NCBI GenBank assembly: GCA_963664375.1
Contig: OY761449.1
Span: 2,845,695 to 2,909,694 of the forward strand
Reading direction: 5' to 3'
DNA: 64,000 nt
DNA from: Dehalococcoidia bacterium
GTDB lineage: Bacteria; Chloroflexota; Dehalococcoidia; Lucifugimonadales; UBA3495
Part shown: positions 28,330 through 35,504 of the stretch, piece by piece
Layout: every line of letters begins with the position of its first letter
Position numbering within the stretch: the first letter of the stretch is position 1
Notes under the pieces: generated by a model
Seen by the model: only the letters and a program-made list of their open reading frames with translations
Databases searched by the model: none
Told to the model about the DNA's origin: nothing
Position numbers and translations under genes: made by a program

Positions 28330-29651
28330 GGGTCGGAATCATCGGCGGCGGCGTGGCCGGGCTGGCGGCGGCCTATGACCTGACGGCCCGCGGGCATTAC
28401 GCCGAGGTCTTCGAGGTTGCTCCGTTCCTCGGCGGGCAGGCGTCCACCTTTCCCGTGGGCGGCGGGCAGTTGGAACGCGGCTACCACCACCTGTTCGTCA
28501 GCGACACCGCCATCACCGAACTGATCCACGAGCTCGGGCTGGGCGACAAGCTGGCCTGGCTGGAGTCCAAGGTTGGCCTATACCACGACGGCCGGATCTG
28601 GGACTTCTCCACGCCAATGGACTTGCTCAAGTTCAAGCCGCTGTCCCTATGGCAGCGGCTGCGCGTCGGGCTGTGGACGCTGCGCCTACAACGCACCGCC
28701 GATTACAGCAGGTTCGAGGACATCACGGCCCGCGACTGGCTGTCCAGCCACATGGGGCGCGAGGCATACGAGGTGCTGTTCGAGCCGCTGTTGCGCGGCA
28801 AGTTCGGCGACCACTTCGACCAGGTGAGCATGACCTGGTTCTGGGGCAAGGTTCGCCTTCGCGTCGCCTCCCGCGGCAAGACGCTGCAAAAGGAACGCCT
28901 CGGCTACCCCATGGGGAGTTTCGGCGAGGTTATCGACACCCTGGCCAGCCGCATCACACAGCAGGGCGGCGACGTGCATACCTCGGCCTTCGTCAGCCAG
29001 GTGCTGATGGAGGACGGCAAGGCGACGGGGCTCAGGGTGCAGTTGGGCCGGGACGCAGAGCCGGAGGAACGTCAATACGACGTGGTCATCGCCACTACGC
29101 CGTCCTACGTGTTCACGCGGCTGGTTCCGCCCATGCCCGACGATTACCAGCGGATGCTGACCGACGTTAGCTACCTGTCGGCGGTGCTGCTGGTGCTGGA
29201 GCTTGACCGCCCGCTGACCGCCAAGTACTGGCTGAACATCGCCGACAACGAGATGCCCTTTGTCGGGGTAATTGAGCACACCAACATGATCGACAAGTCC
29301 CTGTACGGGGGAAAGCACGTCGTCTACATCAGCAACTATCCCGACCGCGAAAGCGACCTGTACAAGATGGAGCCGGAGGAATTGCTGGATCTGTTCGTGC
29401 CTCACCTGCGCAAGCTCAACCCCCACTTCGACCGCTCCTGGGTGCAGGGCTACCACCACCACCGGGTGGACGGGGCTCAGCCCATCATCGGCAGGAATTA
29501 CAGCCAGCGCATTCCGCCGCACCGGACGCCGGTGGACGGCCTTTACCTGGCCAACACCACGCAGATTTTCCCCGAAGACCGCGGCACCAACTACTCCATC
29601 CGCATGGGCCGCCAGGTAGCGCAGATGGTGATGGACGACTACCACGCCTGA
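28326..29651 (+). CDS. NAD(P)/FAD-dependent oxidoreductase (amine-oxidase/phytoene-desaturase-like)
   Basis: 441 aa. The N-terminal VGIIGGGVAGLAAAYDL...EVFE...GGQ is a dinucleotide-binding motif. An ATGA overlap links it to the upstream gene. Confidence 0.7.
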   Translation: MRVGIIGGGVAGLAAAYDLTARGHYAEVFEVAPFLGGQASTFPVGGGQLERGYHHLFVSDTAITELIHELGLGDKLAWLESKVGLYHDGRIWDFSTPMDLLKFKPLSLWQRLRVGLWTLRLQRTADYSRFEDITARDWLSSHMGREAYEVLFEPLLRGKFGDHFDQVSMTWFWGKVRLRVASRGKTLQKERLGYPMGSFGEVIDTLASRITQQGGDVHTSAFVSQVLMEDGKATGLRVQLGRDAEPEERQYDVVIATTPSYVFTRLVPPMPDDYQRMLTDVSYLSAVLLVLELDRPLTAKYWLNIADNEMPFVGVIEHTNMIDKSLYGGKHVVYISNYPDRESDLYKMEPEELLDLFVPHLRKLNPHFDRSWVQGYHHHRVDGAQPIIGRNYSQRIPPHRTPVDGLYLANTTQIFPEDRGTNYSIRMGRQVAQMVMDDYHA

Positions 29652-29674
29652 ACAACGGCCAGAGTCATCTGGCA

Positions 29675-29712
29675 GTTCCCTCTCCCTTCGGGAGAGGGTT
29701 AGGGTGAGGGCG
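29675..29712 (+). repeat. REP-like unit
   Basis: gttccctctcccttcgggagagggttagggtgagggcg. Confidence 0.9.
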
Positions 29713-29750
29713 TCCTCTCTTTCGACGCCAAACTGCTGAAGGGCAGGATT

Positions 29751-29778
29751 TCACCCCCACCCTAGCCCTCCCCCTGAG
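29751..29778 (-). repeat. left half of a REP-like unit interrupted by the IS
   Basis: tcacccccaccctagccctccccctgag ends at the IS boundary. Confidence 0.8.
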
Positions 29779-30885
29779 ACGCTTGATGCACATTAACAAC
29801 TGAAAAGATCAAGGAAAGCGCCGGGGATGGCTTATGCTGACCTTACCCGCTCAAAGGAGGCCGGCAGCCATGAACCTGGACACTTTCATGGTGGCATTGT
29901 ATACCATCGTGGATGACCTCTATCAGGCCAATATCGCCCCCCTTATGCCGGTTCGCTGCGGCCCCAAGCCACGGCTCTCTGACAGCGAGATGCTGACCCT
30001 GGCCCTTTGCGCCCAGTGGCAGGGCGCATCGGAACGGGCCTTCCTCCGTTACGCCGCCCAGCACTGGCGCGGCTATTTCCCCAACCTGACCACGCAAAGC
30101 GCCTGCAACCGCCGCATCCGCAAACTGGCTTGGGCCTTGGCCGCGCTGGCTCAGGAGGCGGCCCGGGAACTGGCGGCTCACGCCGCCCCCTTTCAGGTGG
30201 TGGATACCGTGCCGCTGCCCCTGATGCGCCGTTGCCGCGGCCGGAAACACAAGCTCTTTGGAACCGAAGCCGACATAGGCCGGGGCGGCGCCGACCGGGA
30301 CTGGTATTACGGCTGCAAGCTGATGCTGGCGGCCACGAATCAAGGGGTGATCACCGGCTTCCTGCTGTCTCCGGCCAGCACCGAAGACCATTGGGCCGCC
30401 GAAGCCTTCTTCTGCTGGCGGGCCGACCCTCTGGGTACTCCCGTATCCCCGCAGGAAATGCCGCCCCGCCGCAACGGGCAAAAACACGTGGGACCCAAAG
30501 GCCCGCAATGGCCGCAGTACGGCCCAGGGGAGCCGGCGGCGGCGCCGTACCTGGGGGACAACGGTTTCTTCGGGGCCGGATGGCAACCGCGCTGGCTACG
30601 CCAGTATGGAGCGGCGGTGCTGGCGCCCGGCAATTACGTCGGGGAGAGGGCGAAACACTGGCGAAGCAGGCACCGCTCGCGGTTGCAGGTGGTGGAGACG
30701 GTCAACGGGTCGCTGGAGCAGGTCTTCCACCTGCATTTCCCCGAGGCCCGCAGCGTGTGGGGGCTGCTGACCCGGGTGTCGGCCAAGGTGGCGGCTCTGA
30801 ATCTGGGGATCCAAGTCAACCGGCAATTGGGCCGCCCCGATTTGGCTCTCGCCACTCTTTTCAGTTGTTAATGTACATCAAGCGT
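29779..30885 (+). mobile_element. IS982-family-like insertion sequence (1107 bp)
   Basis: The 29-bp terminal inverted repeats acgcttgatgcacattaacaactgaaaag and cttttcagttgttaatgtacatcaagcgt match at 28 of 29 positions. There is a single transposase ORF and the ends begin with AC. Confidence 0.8.
29834..30871 (+). CDS. DDE transposase (IS982-like)
   Basis: LDTFMVALYTIVDDLY, LSDSEMLTLALCAQWQG, VDTVPLPL, YYGCKLMLAATNQGVITGF, YLGDNGF, VVETVNGSLEQ. An alternative start is ATG 29870. The stop lies inside the right inverted repeat. Confidence 0.75.
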   Translation: MLTLPAQRRPAAMNLDTFMVALYTIVDDLYQANIAPLMPVRCGPKPRLSDSEMLTLALCAQWQGASERAFLRYAAQHWRGYFPNLTTQSACNRRIRKLAWALAALAQEAARELAAHAAPFQVVDTVPLPLMRRCRGRKHKLFGTEADIGRGGADRDWYYGCKLMLAATNQGVITGFLLSPASTEDHWAAEAFFCWRADPLGTPVSPQEMPPRRNGQKHVGPKGPQWPQYGPGEPAAAPYLGDNGFFGAGWQPRWLRQYGAAVLAPGNYVGERAKHWRSRHRSRLQVVETVNGSLEQVFHLHFPEARSVWGLLTRVSAKVAALNLGIQVNRQLGRPDLALATLFSC

Positions 30886-30900
30886 TCAGGGGGAGGGGAC
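30886..30900 (-). repeat. right half of the interrupted REP-like unit
   Basis: tcagggggaggggac directly abuts the right IS end. Confidence 0.8.
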
Positions 30901-31015
30901 TTTTGAGATGGTTTCTAAATGTTGCAAATATTGTGCCGTCGGGTACAATCTAGCGTAGCCAAACGGGGCAAGCCATCCGAGTGGGCAATGCCCGGACGAT
31001 CCAAAGGAGCATACA

Positions 31016-31264
31016 GTGGCGTCGGAACTTAATCCTGTTGAAAACGAAATCCAGAATCCCGGCGAGACCCGCCGGAGTTTCTTGGTCAAACTGGGCATCG
31101 GCGCAGCAGCGCTGGGCTTGGCGGCCGGGGCCTTGTCATCGCTGCGCGGCGTCGGCGGGAGCGGCAGTGCAACCTCAATGAACGCGGAGTTCCCCGGCGA
31201 AGACTCCATCTTCCATCCTGCGGTAGACCCGCGGCAGGACCCCCGGCGTACCGATAACCTGTAA
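31016..31264 (+). CDS. small twin-arginine (Tat) signal protein
   Basis: 82 aa from a GTG start with AAGGAG 7 nt upstream. ETRRSFLVKLGIGAAALGLAA is the Tat motif. Only about 40 residues follow the signal. Confidence 0.55.
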   Translation: MASELNPVENEIQNPGETRRSFLVKLGIGAAALGLAAGALSSLRGVGGSGSATSMNAEFPGEDSIFHPAVDPRQDPRRTDNL

Positions 31265-31363
31265 TCGTCGAAACAACAACCGCGCTCTCAATGGCCCTGC
31301 TTCCGGGTTGAACCCGGGGCGGGCCATTGCTGCTACATGGAGGCCACAAGAGGAGGACGAAAG

Positions 31364-32230
31364 ATGCCCGAAGCAAGGCTGACCGTCGGCAACGTGGAAA
31401 TCCTCTCCCTCAACGACAACGAGTCGGCGCTCCCCCTAAGCGACGTGTTTCCCGATGTCCCCGCCGAAGCATGGGCGCCCTACCAGGAGCGCTACCCCGG
31501 CGGTTTCAGGGACAACCACCTGCTGGCGCATTTCGAGTGCTACCTGATCCGGTCGGAGGGGCAGACCATCCTGGTGGACACCGGCGTCGGCGGCGCTGCC
31601 ACCAACCCGAACTCCATCGAGGCCATGACCGGCGGCGTAGAGGGCCGGCTGTTGCAGGAATTGAGTTCCGCGGGCGTGAGTCCCGGCGACATCGACACCG
31701 TGTTTTTCAGCCATCTCCACTTCGACCACGTAGGGTGGAACGTCACCCACGTGCCCGGCGACGCGCCCAGGGCCACGTTCCCCAACGCGCGGTACGTGGC
31801 GCACCGCGCCGACTGGGAAGTATTCCAGCAGCCCGAGGTGATGGAGCTGTTCCCGCCCCACTGGGACTATGCCCTTGGCCCGTTGCAGCACTTGGGCGTG
31901 CTGGACCTGCTGGGCGGCGAGCGGGCGCTGACCGGCGAGATAACCGCCATCCCGACGCCGGGGCATACGCCCGGCTCCATGAGTCTGGCCATCGTTTCCG
32001 GCGGCCAGCGCGCCTACATCCTGGGCGACGTCTTTCACGGGCCGACGCAAGTTACCGAGACAAGCTGGAAATTCAGTTTCGACATGGACGGCGATCAGGG
32101 TGTCGCCACCCGCACAGCGATGATCGAACGGGCGGAGTCGGAGGACGCCATCATCGCCATCTGCCATCACGGCGGATTCGGCCGGGTCGTCCGCGCCGAT
32201 GGCCGACGGTACTGGCAACTGGTGTCCTGA
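31364..32230 (+). CDS. MBL-fold metallo-hydrolase
   Basis: GAGGAGG lies 7 nt upstream of ATG 31364. The motif is FFSHLHFDHVGWN. It is a paralog of 50571..51407. Confidence 0.8.
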   Translation: MPEARLTVGNVEILSLNDNESALPLSDVFPDVPAEAWAPYQERYPGGFRDNHLLAHFECYLIRSEGQTILVDTGVGGAATNPNSIEAMTGGVEGRLLQELSSAGVSPGDIDTVFFSHLHFDHVGWNVTHVPGDAPRATFPNARYVAHRADWEVFQQPEVMELFPPHWDYALGPLQHLGVLDLLGGERALTGEITAIPTPGHTPGSMSLAIVSGGQRAYILGDVFHGPTQVTETSWKFSFDMDGDQGVATRTAMIERAESEDAIIAICHHGGFGRVVRADGRRYWQLVS

Positions 32231-32305
32231 CGCCTGGGCATCGAGTCTTCCCTCCGGGAGAAGGCCAGAACGAAGGCGTTGCCCTGCCTGCACAGGTCCC
32301 CTAAA

Positions 32306-32430
32306 TTCTCCCTCTCCCTTGAGGGAGAGGGTTGGGGGGAGGGTGCAATCGCGGGCGTCAGTACCATTCGACAAGCTCATGGTGAGCCTGTCGAACCACG
32401 CCCTAACCCTCCCCCGGAGGGAGAGGGAAC
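32306..32430. repeat. inverted REP pair flanking a 'ttcgacaagctc...gtgagcctgtcgaacc' repeat
   Basis: ttctccctctcccttgagggagagggttggggggaggg ... ccctaaccctcccccggagggagagggaac. It sits at the convergent ends of the MBL gene and mutL. Confidence 0.85.
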
Positions 32431-32445
32431 TTCAAAGGGCCTTGC

Positions 32446-34191
32446 CTACCTGCGCCCAAACTCCCGCTCCACGTGGTAGGAGCTGAAATGGACCATGGTG
32501 GGGCGACCGTGGGGGCAGGTGTGGGGGTTGGCCGTCGCTTCCAACTGCTCCAGCAGCGCCCGCATCTCGGCGTCGGAGAGCGCCTGCCCGGCCCTCACTG
32601 CGGCGTGGCACGAGATTGACGCGGCCATCACATCCTCTTTCTGCCGCGTCAGGCCCTCCAGCGTGGCCATGTCCAGGATGTCTATCAGCGCCTTGGCTGG
32701 GTCGTCCATGGACAGCACGGACGGCACCGAACGCAGGAGGTAGCCCCGCTCGCCGAACGGTTCCAGTCGGAATCCGTAGTCGGTGACGGCCTGCATGTTG
32801 TCCTCGAGGGTCGTCGCATGGGTGGGGGTCAACTCAACGTTCACTGGCGCAAGCAATGGCTGCGAGGCGGACTTGCGCTCCTCGCGTTCGGCGCAGATGC
32901 GGTCATAAATGGTTCTCTCATGAGCGGCGTGCTGGTCGACCAGGTACATTCCCTCCGGCCCCTCGGCCACGATGTAGGTCAGTTTGAGTTGGCCCACTAC
33001 CCGCAGCGGCACCGCCGGGCGGCCCAGCAAAGGCAGCGTTTCGCCAACCGGCGCGCCTGTCTGGAGCGGTGGGCTGGCCCCGCCGCCACCGAACCCTGAG
33101 ACCGGCATTCTCCCAAACCCGGCGCCGCTGCTACCGCCAAACGAACGGAACCCCGATGAGTTCCCCTGTTCGGGCGATGGGACGGCGGTGGGCACCGGCG
33201 AGTCGGACACCAGCGCGGCCCTCACCGCCCTCTGCGTCAGTGAGAACACCCGGTTCTCATTGTGGAAACGCACCTCCCGCTTGGCCGGATGGGAATTGAC
33301 ATCGACATCGGCGTAGGGAATCACCAGGTTGACGGCCGCCACGGGATAGCGCTTCACTTGCAGCAGACCGCTGTAAGCCTCCTCCACGGCAAAGGACAGC
33401 ATCCGGCTCTGGACCAGCCGGCGGTTGACGAAGAACGTCAGGTAGGTGCGGTTGGCGCGGCTGATGCTTGGCGCGGCGGCGAACCCCTCGACGGCGTACC
33501 CCGTCTCGTTATCCTCAGCGTCTACCTCTAGCATGCCCTGGGCCACCTGGGAACCGTAGACGGACAGCAGGGCCTCACGGGGCTGGCCGTTGCCCGGAGT
33601 CGTCAGGGAGGTCCGGCCATCGTTCACCAGCCGGAAACGGATTTCCGGGAAGGCCAGGGAATAGCGGCTGACCAGTTCCTGCACTCTGGATGTCTCGGCT
33701 TGGGCAGAACGGAGAAACTTGCGGCGCGCAGGCTGGTTGCCGAAAAGGTCAGAAACCTCGATGACGGTGCCCGCGGCGCATCCCTCGCTGCCCTCGTCAA
33801 CAACCTCGCCCCACTCCAGCGCCCTGCGGGAGCCGACCGTCTCGTCGCGGGTACGGGTGAGGACGGAGACTTTGGACACGGCGGCGATGCTGGGCAGGGC
33901 CTCGCCGCGGAACCCCATGGTGGAAACGCGGTCAAGCTGCTCAGCGTCGGTCAGCTTGCTGGTGGCGTGGCGATGGAACGCCAGGGGCAACTCGTCGGCG
34001 GGTATTCCCGCGCCGTCGTCTGCGACCCGGATCAGGCCGGTACCGCCGCCGCGGATTTCGACGGTGATCTGACTCGCACCGGCGTCAATGGAGTTCTCAA
34101 GCAACTCCTTGACCACCGACACGGGCCGCTCGACGACCTCGCCTGCGGCGATCCTGGCAGCCAGATCGGGGGGCAGAACCCTAATGGGCAC
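32446..34191 (-). CDS. mutL: DNA mismatch repair protein MutL
   Basis: 581 aa from a GTG start: IRVLPPDLAARIAAGEVVERPVSVVKELLENSIDAGA. Confidence 0.9.
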   Translation of the reverse strand: MPIRVLPPDLAARIAAGEVVERPVSVVKELLENSIDAGASQITVEIRGGGTGLIRVADDGAGIPADELPLAFHRHATSKLTDAEQLDRVSTMGFRGEALPSIAAVSKVSVLTRTRDETVGSRRALEWGEVVDEGSEGCAAGTVIEVSDLFGNQPARRKFLRSAQAETSRVQELVSRYSLAFPEIRFRLVNDGRTSLTTPGNGQPREALLSVYGSQVAQGMLEVDAEDNETGYAVEGFAAAPSISRANRTYLTFFVNRRLVQSRMLSFAVEEAYSGLLQVKRYPVAAVNLVIPYADVDVNSHPAKREVRFHNENRVFSLTQRAVRAALVSDSPVPTAVPSPEQGNSSGFRSFGGSSGAGFGRMPVSGFGGGGASPPLQTGAPVGETLPLLGRPAVPLRVVGQLKLTYIVAEGPEGMYLVDQHAAHERTIYDRICAEREERKSASQPLLAPVNVELTPTHATTLEDNMQAVTDYGFRLEPFGERGYLLRSVPSVLSMDDPAKALIDILDMATLEGLTRQKEDVMAASISCHAAVRAGQALSDAEMRALLEQLEATANPHTCPHGRPTMVHFSSYHVEREFGRR

Positions 34192-34200
34192 AATCGTCCG

Positions 34201-34638
34201 CTAAAAGAGAGGGACTATGGTGCCCTTGGCCCGGTACTGCTTGTCCTCGGAGGTGCCCGTCGCGACGAAATCCTGCACGATGCGGTAGATCCGTTCCATT
34301 TCCTTGTCCGGGGAACGCTTGAAGAAGTAAGGAGGCACCCATACTCCGCCAAATGCGGCCACCACCTCGGGGTAGTCGTCGATCACAAAGTCCGGCTCGA
34401 ATGGCACGCCCAGCTCCTCCAGGCGCTCGTGGAAATGGTGGGTTGGCTTCTCGTAAACCCCGCTGACGTAGGGTTCGAGCTGGTGCTTTTCTATAACCTC
34501 CCACCTTTCTCCCATTCCTGACCAGATGTAGATCTGGTGATTCTCGTCCAGCAACGCCTGAAAGGTTTCCTTGGTCTGGGGCCGGAGGCTGTTGTCCAGC
34601 CCCAGTATGGTGTAATCAACGTCAAAAAAGATATTCAT
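34201..34638 (-). CDS. HAD-superfamily hydrolase-like protein
   Basis: The internal ATG at 34638 gives MNIFFDVDYTIL, which is the DxD motif I. The stop lies 9 nt before the mutL start. Confidence 0.55.
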   Translation of the reverse strand: MNIFFDVDYTILGLDNSLRPQTKETFQALLDENHQIYIWSGMGERWEVIEKHQLEPYVSGVYEKPTHHFHERLEELGVPFEPDFVIDDYPEVVAAFGGVWVPPYFFKRSPDKEMERIYRIVQDFVATGTSEDKQYRAKGTIVPLF

Positions 34639-34821
34639 TCGCCGTATCAAGCCCTTCCAGTTCCGGCTTTCCCCCGCCAAGGACATCAACGGCCCTGGTC
34701 AGCAAAGGGATACCACTAGAGTATATTACAATCCGCCAAATGAATCAGCACCGGCGAGGCAACTTGACGACGCTCCCTGACGGACGCCGCGCATTGGTCA
34801 CGCGAGGAAGATGCCTGGGAA

Positions 34822-34961
34822 GTGTTTGCAAACCACAGACGGGCCAGAAATAGCCTGCAAAATCCCCTCTCCCTTGAGGGAGAGGGTTAGGGTGAGGGTG
34901 AACTCCCTGCATCAAATGACGCGGCTGTGCCCAATTCTTCCCGCCAATTGAGTTTGCAAAC
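34822..34961. repeat. REP core (34862-34900) flanked by gtttgcaaac palindromes
   Basis: gtttgcaaac occurs at 34824-33 and 34952-61. The core is atcccctctcccttgagggagagggttagggtgagggtg. Confidence 0.6.
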
Positions 34962-34966
34962 ATGGC

Positions 34967-35326
34967 CTACCCAGCCGCGGCTACCACCGAGTCGAGGACA
35001 GCCGCGCCACCCCCGACGAACAGTTGGTCTCCGACGCGCATCATGGGCCGCCTGACCAGCTTTGGTTCCTGCAACATCAGGCGGACCATCTCGTCTTCGG
35101 AAAGTTCCTGTCCGGCCAGGCCCATCTGCTTCAGACTGGGACTGCGGCGGGCGAAAATCTGATCAATGCCCGCGATAGCAGCCATCTCCCTTACCTCTGC
35201 TTCGGTGAAGGATTCCTTGAAATAGTCACGTTCATTGACTGCCAGGTCATTTTGCAGGAGAAACTCTCTCGCTTTCCGGCAGGTGGATCAACGGGGCCAC
35301 CAATAGAGATTTACAGGCTGGCTCAT
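34967..35326 (-). CDS. ArsC/Spx-family thioredoxin-fold protein with an in-frame TGA (35290-35288) replacing the first Cys of CxxC (candidate selenoprotein)
   Basis: ATG 35326 gives MSQPVNLYWWPR-TGA-STCRKAREFLLQNDLAVNERDYF...EVRE, joining in frame to the track ORF 34967..35185 (MAAIAG...LVRRPMM). Total length is 119 codons, the normal size for the family. Confidence 0.75.
35239..35282 (-). promoter_or_regulatory. SECIS-like hairpin 3' of TGA 35290
   Basis: In the mRNA, GCGAGAGA-GUU-UCUCCUGC (35272-35254) forms 8 pairs with one mismatch. An outer stem CUGCC/GGCAG spans 35282-78 and 35243-39. Confidence 0.5.
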
Positions 35327-35443
35327 GGTGTCCTCTTCTTGCGATTTGAGACCGCGCTTGGCTGATGTGACCGTCGCCATTTTATACCGGCGAGCGGCCT
35401 CCGAAAAACAGCACCCGCGCCAATTGGCGGGGTTTTTCAATAA

Positions 35444-35470
35444 TTCCCTCTCCCTCAATGGAGAGGGAGA
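35444..35470. repeat. REP hairpin core without the G-tract tail
   Basis: ttccctctccctcaatggagagggaga. Confidence 0.7.
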
Positions 35471-35504
35471 ATGAAAAGGCCCAGCGTGCCAATTGGCCGT
35501 AGTT

